A model generated the notes under the pieces. The model was not told the DNA's origin. It saw nothing but the letters and a program-made list of their open reading frames with translations, and did not search any database. A stretch of DNA of 64,000 nucleotides, taken from the NCBI GenBank assembly GCA_000002445.1, contig CH464491.1, forward strand, positions 4,320,001-4,384,000, in the 5' to 3' direction. A program made the position numbers and the translations under genes. Positions 32,862-42,984 of this stretch are shown here, piece by piece; the first letter of the stretch is position 1; the number at the start of each line of letters is the position of its first letter. The stretch comes from Trypanosoma brucei (Eukaryota).

Positions 32862-33083
32862 TTACTTCGCCTTCCTCGCAAGAGACTTGGGAACATATGG
32901 TGTAGCACCACCCATCATTACAACTTCCATTTCCTCATCACTGAAGGCTCGGGGACGGAAGTGGGCCGGCAAGTCATTTATTGAGTCCAAAATGCTACTG
33001 GTGCTGCCGCTGGTGGCAGCTCTTATACCGCTGCTGTTGCTGCCGCTGGTGCTGCTGCTTGGGGACGTGCCGCTACCACCCAT
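32862..33083 (-). CDS. Candidate small protein (73 aa) with an N-myristoylation-like N-terminus (MGGSGTSP...)
   Basis: In-frame ATG at 33081-33083 within ORF 32862..33149 gives MGGSGTSPSSSTSGSNSSGIRAATSGSTSSILDSINDLPAHFRPRAFSDEEMEVVMMGGATPYVPKSLARKAK. GC-rich and coding-like, in the same orientation as the array. The M-G-x-x-x-S/T start fits the N-myristoylation consensus. Confidence 0.35.
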   Translation of the reverse strand: MGGSGTSPSSSTSGSNSSGIRAATSGSTSSILDSINDLPAHFRPRAFSDEEMEVVMMGGATPYVPKSLARKAK

Positions 33084-33601
33084 CTTGAGGCGGGCGTAAG
33101 TGAAGCGAATAAGTGGGTTGCGTCGACACAAATGCGTGGGGAGAAACATACTTCTTCAGTTGAAATAAAAATAGAGAAAGAAAAAAGAAAAGAAAAGAAA
33201 AGAAAAGACTCTACACCTTCTGGTTTCTTCTTATGCCTTTGATTTTTGGCTTCGGTGTCGGTTGCTGCTGTTAGAATTTTTCGCACCGGGCACTCACCAA
33301 AAAGAACTGGATATGCTTCGCTTTGCTTTGAAGTAAAAAGAAAAAAAAACAAACATAATACGAAGACGACAGCGGACACACAAATGCACATTGACATATA
33401 TATGCATTATATAAGCCATATTGCTCTGCTTGCTTGAAAGACCACAAATATCTTACGAACGGTAACAACCACTGGGACCGCAAGAGTAGCCGGAGAGGCT
33501 CACACACACACACACACACACACACATGCGCACGTGCTGAGTTGTATAACCTTCAAATTCCAACAAAACTGGAGATGAAACAAAATGTCGGCCTGCGCCG
33601 C

Positions 33602-35497
33602 TTAAATTTCCACCGCAGCATAACCAACAACTGTCGCAGCCCAAGGGTCGACGTCAATGATGCCAGCGTCAACATGAAGTGCCTTCTTGCCGGCAAGGCA
33701 CCGCTGAATAGCGCTAAGTCCATCCACCAGAAACCGAAATTCCCCATCAAATGACAGTTGCAAAAGGACCAACTGGGACAGTTGAGTGACTGATTCCCGT
33801 AGACCGAAACCTTTACCATCGCGGAGCGAACCCATCAGTAAATCCACATCAGCTTCGTTATCGATAACAAAAATACAAACCACAGGTAAGCCACCTTCCC
33901 CACGGTTTTCACCCAACACATGAACGGCACACTGCGGGAACAGGGCGCCAAGCCACTGCACGAGCCCAGCGAGAAGTAACTGAGAGCCACTGCCCCGTCG
34001 TCCACCTCTCGCAACCGACCCTCCACCCAACAGCATGACATTTCCATCACCGCTAATTCGCCTCTCGGATATAAGTGAGAGTACAACAGAACCAACAGCT
34101 TCAAGGGACGCGGCATGGCGCCAGGCGGATGGGCACCGCGTTGACTGCAGCGATCCCAAGTCCCGCCCCTCAAGAGCAAAAGCAAGCACGCTGTGCATGA
34201 AAGGAAGTGATGCTGTCACTGCTCGTTCCGTCGGGCCGTGAAGTGCCTTGCAGGGAAAACAGCTATTAACTGCCGCTGCCGCTGCAACAAATGGTAACGA
34301 TAATGCGGCTAACTCGGTGGAAGCAAATACGTCAACACGCCTTGCGTGCGGATAAAGGTGCGCAACAGATCCATCAGTGCACACAGTAGAAACGCCAATA
34401 TTTGTTGTCAGTGGTGCTGCGGAGAGGACCGCATCAACAAACTGCTGTTCTTCACGTGAGAGCGTGGTGTCCGGTTGTGATGGACCACAAAGTGGGCTCT
34501 GTTCGCCACACATTACCGTATCCTTCTGAAGCAGAAGTGCAACGTGGAGATCACAGTCCCACGAATGCTCCGCAGCTTCATGTGGATGTTGAAGAACGAA
34601 TACAGAACAAAGGCACTTCTGAACGTGCAACGGAAGGCAGTCAGCCCACAGATTCAGTAGCTTCAGTAGCCTGTCCTGCTCCAGTGTGCATAGTAAGCAG
34701 CCCGTTGCGTCCGGCTGGCTATCCAAAAAACGAAACCTTCCCCCAACAGGAACCGATTTTGACGCCGTCCCCCGGTTCACGTCCTTTGGGTCATGTGTGT
34801 GATGAAAATGGAACTCCACCTCCCTCATAAGATGCAATTTAATAGGTGGGGAAAAGGGTTCCAGAAAATTCAATGATAGCCGTGGCAATGGCCTGCATCC
34901 TGTAGAATCAACACGTACTCCACCAAATTCTTCCGATCCGGCAAAACCCTCACCACCAATCGGGGATACATGGGGAAGTGACTCCAAAGCATGGCGCAGA
35001 TTTCCCGCTTTAATGTCCGGTGCAACAGCCGGCACTACACTCATCCATGGACAACGGGTACAAGAGGAGACTGACATGTGGTGAGCACAAGGAGGAGGGG
35101 AGGGACGCGTCCACAACGGTCCCCTCTTCATACAATTAGCGCGAATTAGCCAACAATGCTGAGGTTTTGGCAGCCTTCGCTCCTCCACGATCATATTAAA
35201 AAAACGGGCGGGAGCTCGAATGACATCACCGGGAGCCAAACCATGAAAGACGACACGTCGCTGTTGTCGCATCTCTGGCTTACGACTTGAGAGACAGACA
35301 AGTGACTCGCACCCAGTGGGCACCATCCGCTTCCCAACAATGAATACTTGTGATTTCACCGTGCCTCCTGATCGTCCCTTCGTTGGTGGTTTCTCTAACA
35401 TATTGCGCAGCTTCCGCGTGAGCATCTCGCCACCGCTAAAAACGCATAAAGTTGTCCAGTGTGCATTAAAAACAATAAAAAGAAAAAGAAGATCCAA
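33602..35497 (-). CDS. Hypothetical protein (631 aa), no domain recognised
   Basis: Long uninterrupted minus-strand ORF with coding-like composition, in register with neighbouring genes. No motif I can assign. Confidence 0.6.
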   Translation of the reverse strand: MDLLFLFIVFNAHWTTLCVFSGGEMLTRKLRNMLEKPPTKGRSGGTVKSQVFIVGKRMVPTGCESLVCLSSRKPEMRQQRRVVFHGLAPGDVIRAPARFFNMIVEERRLPKPQHCWLIRANCMKRGPLWTRPSPPPCAHHMSVSSCTRCPWMSVVPAVAPDIKAGNLRHALESLPHVSPIGGEGFAGSEEFGGVRVDSTGCRPLPRLSLNFLEPFSPPIKLHLMREVEFHFHHTHDPKDVNRGTASKSVPVGGRFRFLDSQPDATGCLLCTLEQDRLLKLLNLWADCLPLHVQKCLCSVFVLQHPHEAAEHSWDCDLHVALLLQKDTVMCGEQSPLCGPSQPDTTLSREEQQFVDAVLSAAPLTTNIGVSTVCTDGSVAHLYPHARRVDVFASTELAALSLPFVAAAAAVNSCFPCKALHGPTERAVTASLPFMHSVLAFALEGRDLGSLQSTRCPSAWRHAASLEAVGSVVLSLISERRISGDGNVMLLGGGSVARGGRRGSGSQLLLAGLVQWLGALFPQCAVHVLGENRGEGGLPVVCIFVIDNEADVDLLMGSLRDGKGFGLRESVTQLSQLVLLQLSFDGEFRFLVDGLSAIQRCLAGKKALHVDAGIIDVDPWAATVVGYAAVEI

Positions 35498-35994
35498 AAG
35501 AAGGTCAGAGGGGGGAGGGAAAAGCTGAATCAGAAGCGAAATTAGAAAATGAACACCGAAGAACCAACGTAATAACCGGGCCTATTTGTGTCACTTAATA
35601 CCACTCATAACTCACGCAAAGAATACGAGAGCGATATGTGTATAAATAAATATTTATGTATGTGTGTGTCTGTCCGTTTTTTTTTTCACATATATATACC
35701 GTTATTGTAGCTTAATGTTGTAAAGGAAACATTATCGTCACTCGCACGTAAAAACGAAGGACTTACACCCCACGTTGTCCATGAAACGAAATGAACAACA
35801 GCAATAATAACGATAACAACAAGACAACGATAACAGGGGCTAAAGAGTTAGGGGAAAAAATCTTAAGGTGAGAGTGGTATTTCATCTTTTTTTTTCTTCG
35901 CCCTGCGGCTGCAGAGGAGAGAGTTAACGAATATGCGGTATGCAGCGGCAAGAAAGAAAAAAAAAGAGAAAATAGAGAACAAATAAAGCGCCTG

Positions 35995-38046
35995 CTAAAT
36001 ATTTGCTGCAGAACCACCTGCTGGACTCTGTTTTCCACTTCTTTTGAAGTTGAAGCCGATGTGATCCGCCTTTACGGGAGCCTCGTTAGACGCATGCCTC
36101 TGCTTGTGTAACTCGAACATATGCTCACAGTGCTGACTGTAATCCCGATGGATGTACCCAACAGCAAGGAGGGATGATACACAGGCAACAAGGACAACAA
36201 TAATCGGCAAAATCACGCACTGCCTTCCAAGACATATGGTTTTCCCCTCCTTCATCGCCTCATGGGTGTAAACCTCACCGTACAAACCACGATTAATCAA
36301 CAAAGAAGAAACAACAGTGGCGACGGTAATACAATTGTAGTATTTGCCCACATCACTAGCAAAAATGGTGCGCACAACAATAACGGATGCGGCGGCGCTG
36401 CAACCACCAGCAAACGATACAAGAAAACACGGAATGGCAAGAAGTGGAGCAGGAAGAACAAAAAATAGTGATAAAGCCACAACTTGAACCACAGCTGGCA
36501 CAAACAGCGCCGCAGTTATGGGAATACGCTCCTCCGCCGACCGGTTTTGGGAAACCATCTCGAACAAACTCAAAATAATACGACCAAACCCGCTGCCCAC
36601 CGACGTCAGTACGAGAAGGTATCCCACATAGGTGTCCGCTAGCAGTCCCCCGTCAAACGCCGCTAAAAGAAAGCGCATATTAGCTAAAACAAGAACCTCA
36701 GCGCCGGAAAGCGAAAACATTGTCCACATCAAAGCCCAAAAGCGAAGTGTCTTTATGTTGTCAGCCAGTTTAATGTGAAACTGCGGTGCCATGTAGTCGA
36801 GGTCGTCAACACAAGCTACACTTCCCACACTCTCTGACGCCGCTCGACTCACACAACTGGAACGCTCTGAGCACCTTGTGGATGTCATGGGAAGTATCAA
36901 AGACTGAGAGCGCTCAAGACACTGAAGCGGCAGCGCCATCACAGGGTATAGGGCAAGTATTGCGACGGTAGTGCAAGCAAAAGAAACACGGTACCGGTGT
37001 CCCAAATTGAAGTACATTGAAACAATGGCCTGCACAGGCAAGTAAACCATTAAAACTGCTACAATTCCAAACCCAATGGCAAATCGGAGACCAGATGGCC
37101 TCTGCCGAAGGTAAATTCTCCTCAGTCGCCGCCGCGTTACTCGCTCCTTCCGGGTAATGGTATCAACCTCAGAACCCTTCACAACATAGGGTGGATCCTC
37201 CAAATACATGTACCCAAGAACGGTGGCAACAACGCCTATGGAAGCAAGGAAGATGAAGAAGTTCCGGGTGTCCTTCGCCTCGCCTCCATAGAAAAACGCT
37301 GAGTGAATTGCACCGATGACGCCGTACCCTATTCCGGTAATCACTTTTGAAAGCGCAACCACGGGCCCCTTATCGGAAGGAAAAATCGATAACAGAGTCA
37401 TTACGGCAGCCGTGTCAAGCAGCCACGTCCCCACAGCCTGCAGCGCGGAGTAAAAAATGAACAGATAAAGATTCCCCTTTATAAAGTCATCGTAAGTTAG
37501 GGCCTGCAAGATAGCACCGACAGGTTGCGTTAGCAGGGCGAGAATGAAAACAGGCCGGGCGCCGTATTTGTCGTACACGGCACCAAGAGGTAGCATTAAA
37601 ATGCCTGCGACATCACTCCCTGTGAAGATAGACGTTATATCGTTCTGTGTAAAGTTAAATTTCGCCTGGAGCTGACCACTGTACAAATTGAACGTAAAGC
37701 TAGAAGAAACAACAAAACAGCACAGTGCACCAACTACAAGCTGCCAGAAACGTTTGGGCTCGCTCAACGCCTGCAAACCGTAGATTGGGGGCCTGTGATA
37801 AATCCAACTACCCCGCTCGCGGGAATCAGGTGACAGGCAGTGCGTGTCACGATGCCCCGTACTTTCGTATCCATCTATCAACCGCACTGTTCCCCTTGGC
37901 GAGAGAAGATGAGTGGTAGGTGCTGCTTCTTCTTCTTCCTCATGTTCCGAAACCGGCGTTGTAACATCCTCCTCAACTTGCTCCCTCAACATCGCCGACT
38001 CCGCTACCCCATACGACAGGAGGCACTGACGGAGAGAACACGCCAT
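35995..38046 (-). CDS. Nodulin-like / major-facilitator-superfamily membrane transporter
   Basis: 683 aa with ~12 predicted TM segments. N-terminal half (FTQNDITSIFTGSDVAGILMLPLGAVYDKYGARPVFILALLTQPVGAILQALTY) resembles the nodulin-like MFS domain. Confidence 0.6.
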   Translation of the reverse strand: MACSLRQCLLSYGVAESAMLREQVEEDVTTPVSEHEEEEEAAPTTHLLSPRGTVRLIDGYESTGHRDTHCLSPDSRERGSWIYHRPPIYGLQALSEPKRFWQLVVGALCCFVVSSSFTFNLYSGQLQAKFNFTQNDITSIFTGSDVAGILMLPLGAVYDKYGARPVFILALLTQPVGAILQALTYDDFIKGNLYLFIFYSALQAVGTWLLDTAAVMTLLSIFPSDKGPVVALSKVITGIGYGVIGAIHSAFFYGGEAKDTRNFFIFLASIGVVATVLGYMYLEDPPYVVKGSEVDTITRKERVTRRRLRRIYLRQRPSGLRFAIGFGIVAVLMVYLPVQAIVSMYFNLGHRYRVSFACTTVAILALYPVMALPLQCLERSQSLILPMTSTRCSERSSCVSRAASESVGSVACVDDLDYMAPQFHIKLADNIKTLRFWALMWTMFSLSGAEVLVLANMRFLLAAFDGGLLADTYVGYLLVLTSVGSGFGRIILSLFEMVSQNRSAEERIPITAALFVPAVVQVVALSLFFVLPAPLLAIPCFLVSFAGGCSAAASVIVVRTIFASDVGKYYNCITVATVVSSLLINRGLYGEVYTHEAMKEGKTICLGRQCVILPIIVVLVACVSSLLAVGYIHRDYSQHCEHMFELHKQRHASNEAPVKADHIGFNFKRSGKQSPAGGSAANI

Positions 38047-39422
38047 GGTGGTCGGTACGAATTAGACAGGTACGTATTCTACCAGAGTTATACACTAGGC
38101 TTCCCCGCTACTTTATTTTCCTTTAATTTTATTTTGCTCCGGTTACCCTTCACCTCTCTTTTTTTCTTCTTGACTTCTTTCGGATTATTCCGCTGATGTT
38201 GAAGGACAGCGGTTGCCACACGTGCCTCTTTTAAGCGGTGTTTAGTAAGGTGGAGCAGGCTTTCAGTCGAACCCTCCCCCTTTTATTATATTTTTCGCGT
38301 ATCCCCTGGGTTTCGCAGGTGAGAAGTGAATATATTTATATATGTTCCTTAAGTTATTTCTATGAACCAGCGCCACGCTATTGTAGGGGGAAACAAAACA
38401 GGAAAAAACAAAGGAAAACAGTGGGCAGAAACGGTAACAACTAGCACCAATTAAAGAAAATTCGCAGTGTTTGTAGTGTTCACCACACACGCACACACAC
38501 AGCCTTTAGGGCACAGATACGAATATGCGCACCTCATGCAGTACTGCTTTACATTTCCCTCCGCGTAACGGCGGATGCAATTCGGGAAATAGACGTGAGT
38601 TACACTCGCCCATCAGGTCACAAACGGGATGGTAATAACAATAACAGCGAGGGCGTTCATAGGGGGAAAAAAAAAATCTCAGCTGGTCCATGTAACCCAT
38701 GGAACCATATAGCATTCCCTCACGCACTGGGAACGAGATGATGCAAAGAGAAAGAGACGAAAAAGAAGGAAAGAGAAAGAAAAATAAGAACGAACAAAGT
38801 GTTCACAGGAGGAAGATGATGGGTAAAGAAGAAATAAAAGGGCCTCTACACCCATGTGATACAGGGAAGGATGCACGGCCGTTTCTCCTTCTCTTAAACA
38901 ATGCCACTGAAATCCAGCCTGCCGCATGCAACGAATATACCGGCACCGGATGTAAGGGCAGGCTGCAGAGGTAGCACACAAAAGGAGGGACCCGCACATG
39001 TATTCAAAGTGTACAATTGTTGACTGCACGGAACCACCTACAACCAAAAAAGGGGCGTATTTGTATATATATATATATATATACTGTGTATTTATGAGTG
39101 TAATGATCATTTGTGCGATTGCATTCCGCAAGATCAGGAAAAGTGGCGAGCATACTGTTAAGCACAAATTGAGTGCAGCTCATGCACACAGCAAACAAAC
39201 AAGATCGCATATAATTAAAAACAAAGATCGATCCAATCTATGTGCATTACTTTTTCAAACAAGTGTGTTAGTAAGTTCTACGTGGATCCACGAAGGCGCC
39301 TCCTCACACCCCGAGCCGCATTGTCAACTCCCCTCGCGGCGACTCCCTTTCACGCTACGTGTTGTGGAAAGAGTACTGCAGGAAATCCTCTCTCTATGGG
39401 CTGGTAAATCTATGAATTCTTC

Positions 39423-41750
39423 TCATACGGACACTGCCGACTTCGAAGAAGTAGACTCGAAGTCAGTGCCGTACTCACTATCTTTATCATCATGTTCTCT
39501 ATCACTATCCTCTTTCTCAGTGCCACTTTTACCCTTACTATCGCTGTCACTCTTTCCTTCAGAAGTCTCTTTGGATTCACTGTCTTTACCTTCCTTCGTC
39601 CCCTCATGTGATTCTGATTCGCTGCTAGAACCCTCAGTGCTTTGCCGTCGGCTCCCCTTCTCGCCCGAGTCTACTTCCCCGTCGCTTCCAGACTTGGAAG
39701 GTTCATCCTTTTCATCGTTATCACGCGCTTCCCCATCAGGTTCCGATTTTTTGCTGGCTTCACCAGCTGCGGCCGCAGCAGTGGCGGCATTATCAGCGCC
39801 CGCAGCGTTATCATCATCACTTGCATCGGCGCAGCCCTGTATGATAGCAGATAATGTGCCTCCATCTACACCACTCTCTTTGAGAAGCCGTAATATCTCC
39901 TTTTCCGTCTCCGCACGCACCTTGGCGGCACTATGTAGGTGAACCGGCTCCACAAATATGGGTGGTATTTGAACTACACGCGACAGCATTTCGTTAAGCT
40001 GCTCTGCCGCTTCACGCTCGGCCTCGCGGCCTAGCCGACGCAACTCCGTTACCTTTTTGCGGATAACATCATCAGTGTTAACTTGGGTGCTCTTCAAATA
40101 CTCCTTCAGTCGAGCATTCACCCGTTTCTGCCGCTGATATGCCTCCTTTAACGCAGCGGTCTCCTCACTCCTCTTGTCTTGGTATTGCTTAGCTTCAGCT
40201 GCTGTGATGTATCTTTCAAACACAGCTTGGGTACGCATCGCATGTGCTCGTGTCCCTTTAGGAACTGATAACCCCCTCTTATCCTCAGCCTCACCAGTGC
40301 CTCCAGAACTGCCTTCCTTCCCCTCCGGTGGCTTTGGTACCGAACGTTTCCGGCGGGCTGGTCGGGTCGCCGATCCCGGGCGCTGCTGCTTTTTCCGATG
40401 CAGTGACCGACCCCTAATAACTTCTTCTTTGCCTGAGACCGTTAATTTGAATGGTTCCACCTGTGTTGGTTGACGCTTGAGTTTCCTCTCTGCAAGTGCA
40501 AGCCGCTCCTCAGCCCACAATGCCTCGAAGTTGGGCACTCCCCCGCGGATTTTGGGTTTAAACGTCAAGTTCGGGTTGCGTTTTGCCGATGTACTTCTTG
40601 AACGCCTTTTGGGAGTCTTATCTTCTTTGCTTTCTGAAACTCCTCCGCTGACCTTTGGTTTAGACAAGGGCGCCATCACAAGTACACCGGTGGGTGGCGA
40701 TGATGATGGAACCGCCGAAGAAGGTGGAGGGGCTGTTGTCGTATGCTGGGAAGAAACAGTTACAACCGGACCGCTCACCGGCACGATGTTTGCCGCTCTG
40801 TCGCCCTGTTGTTGTACCTGCTGCTGTTGTTGCCGCTGATGTAGTTGTAGGAACTCAACCGGAGTCATCCCGAACCACGGTTGTGTACGGCCTGTTTGCT
40901 CTGCTGCAGCAACGCGTTGAGACTCCTCTGCCTTCACCTCCTCCATCTGATGCACAGCCCGTTGCTTAATGCGCTCAACTCGTATCTGTTCGTGCTCCTC
41001 AATGGCGGGCCATAACTTGAGAGCTACTTCAACCGGGACGTCGCGGATCTCTGACACCTGGCGGCAATCCCTTGCATTATGACCGCGACTATAATCCGAT
41101 TCCGACCCCCGCTGGCGGCGCGCACCCATGACCTCACGAACGTTACGCAAACCAGACACGCACAACTGCATGAACTCTTTTTCCTCCCGAATTCGTTCAG
41201 CCTTTTCCGCAGCGAGAGCTTCTACCATGACACGCCGTTGTCGCCACTCCTCTACCATGAGATCATACTTATTCATGTACGTGGAAGGCGGTACGGGATT
41301 TGACTTGAAGCGGCGGTTCAACTCGCGCTGTTCTTCTTGCTCCCGCTTCAATCGGTCTTCTTCCATGCGACGCGCATGTATGCCCCGCGGCCTCCTCAAT
41401 TCGCGCGCTTCGAAGGAAAATGGTTGCACGTTCCGCAATTTCTCCATGCGACGTTCCTGGTAATCACGAAAGTTGTTGAGGGCACTAAAGTACCGCTGCA
41501 TCGTTCTATGGGCCTCGCGCCGATGGCGCCTGCGTATCTCATCCAAACGCTCGACTGGGGAAATGGCGCGGGTGTTGTGAAAATCGGCAGTTTGAGATTG
41601 AAAGGTATTGGCATCGACGGGTTCCGGCATCTGTAACGTTTCGGGCGTTGGGTGCACAGCGGACAACTCCTTCTCGAGCAACTCCTGCTGGTGCCTGAGG
41701 TCATGAAGCTTCAACAAACTCACCATCTCTCCGTCCACCTCCGCCTGCAT
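39423..41750 (-). CDS. Charged coiled-coil protein with acidic Ser-rich C-terminus; possible FAM161/TPX2-like microtubule-binding motifs
   Basis: 775 aa, R/E/K/Q-rich heptad-like N-terminal half. PFSFEAREL and FKSNPVPPSTY segments. C-terminal ~150 aa is S/D/E/K-rich (SDSDSKGKSGTEKEDSDREHDDKDSEYGTD). Confidence 0.6.
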   Translation of the reverse strand: MQAEVDGEMVSLLKLHDLRHQQELLEKELSAVHPTPETLQMPEPVDANTFQSQTADFHNTRAISPVERLDEIRRRHRREAHRTMQRYFSALNNFRDYQERRMEKLRNVQPFSFEARELRRPRGIHARRMEEDRLKREQEEQRELNRRFKSNPVPPSTYMNKYDLMVEEWRQRRVMVEALAAEKAERIREEKEFMQLCVSGLRNVREVMGARRQRGSESDYSRGHNARDCRQVSEIRDVPVEVALKLWPAIEEHEQIRVERIKQRAVHQMEEVKAEESQRVAAAEQTGRTQPWFGMTPVEFLQLHQRQQQQQVQQQGDRAANIVPVSGPVVTVSSQHTTTAPPPSSAVPSSSPPTGVLVMAPLSKPKVSGGVSESKEDKTPKRRSRSTSAKRNPNLTFKPKIRGGVPNFEALWAEERLALAERKLKRQPTQVEPFKLTVSGKEEVIRGRSLHRKKQQRPGSATRPARRKRSVPKPPEGKEGSSGGTGEAEDKRGLSVPKGTRAHAMRTQAVFERYITAAEAKQYQDKRSEETAALKEAYQRQKRVNARLKEYLKSTQVNTDDVIRKKVTELRRLGREAEREAAEQLNEMLSRVVQIPPIFVEPVHLHSAAKVRAETEKEILRLLKESGVDGGTLSAIIQGCADASDDDNAAGADNAATAAAAAGEASKKSEPDGEARDNDEKDEPSKSGSDGEVDSGEKGSRRQSTEGSSSESESHEGTKEGKDSESKETSEGKSDSDSKGKSGTEKEDSDREHDDKDSEYGTDFESTSSKSAVSV

Positions 41751-42984
41751 CGCTGCTAGAGAAGTTTTGGGGGGGGGGAGGTGATTTATCTCCTAATTTC
41801 CTTCCTTTTCCTTAAGCGGGAGAATGGAAACAAGGCAAATGTGGTATTAACAAACAAGCAGTTAAAGAAATGAACACGTAAGTAGGGGGAAATAGGATTG
41901 GGGACGAAATACATCGCCTGCAGTCGGTAAGTACGGTAACGTAAAGCGACAGGAAATTTTAACGTAGAAAAAAGTACAGAGACGGAACGTGACGCAAAAA
42001 TAGAATGAAATAAAATAACCAATCGTATATAAAAACTAGCCGCTGAGATAGAGAGCTCATCCTCGTTTAATTGAACTGGCATCAATCATAAGAGAGTGGA
42101 ATTCGCAACCAAATTACGAAAACGAACCACGGGAAGAGACCTTCGCCTCCCTTCCCACACTTAAACGCATACACGCAGACACGGAAAAAGCGCTTCTAAA
42201 AAAAAAAAAAAGCGACTGGTATCTCCCCGATATTCGTCCCGATCAGCAGCTTGGATTGTTGTTTTTGCTGTTGTTTTGTTTTACATCAACACATCTCCTC
42301 ACCCCCATCCCTCTCCTCATGTCCCGCTTGTTTTCCCCCAGGCGAGTCCCATGCGCACACCACCACTACCCCAAGTGATGGGCACGAGGAGATACAAAAG
42401 GGAGAAAACGAACTCCTTGGATCATCACACCGAAACAACAAAACGGGACGAAAGAAAAAAAAACCTCCTTCTCCTTTTCATACTCACACTCCGTGCGCAC
42501 CAAAACGAATAAACAAGCAAACATAAACATCCAAAGCATTCGGGATTAACAGCAACCTTCTACCAGATAGAAGCAGCACAATGCTCACCAGTAGAACATA
42601 CAAATAAACAAGTGGCAGATGACCCTTCCATCCACAAATCCAGAAAGAACACCGGCAACGACTGACAGAAACAATGGAACAGATAACAACGATAGTGGCA
42701 AAACTGAATACACTCATTAAATAAAGAAAGTTAAACTAACAGTAGTGATATCTGCGCGTAGTGGCCTTCTACATCCCTTACCGCTACCTTTTATTACCGT
42801 TTCGTGGCACCAGACCCCAACGCTCCCGGCAGCACTTGATTTTTAGCGTCCACAAATGATACACGGAATATATATAATTATTATCATAGGCGGCAGTAAC
42901 AAGCGATAAAACGGCAACAGCAATCCTCAAATCCTGTACCAACCTCAGCTCCACCACCACCAACGCTCCCCTCCAATAACCTCT

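Noticed and set aside
38506-38727. 73-aa Cys-rich ORF (…ERPRCYCYYHPVCDLMGECNSRLF…) in the nodulin-like/coiled-coil spacer
   Set aside because: It contains an A10 homopolymer and a U-rich segment within the frame. No recognisable zinc-binding family spacing. More likely UTR sequence.
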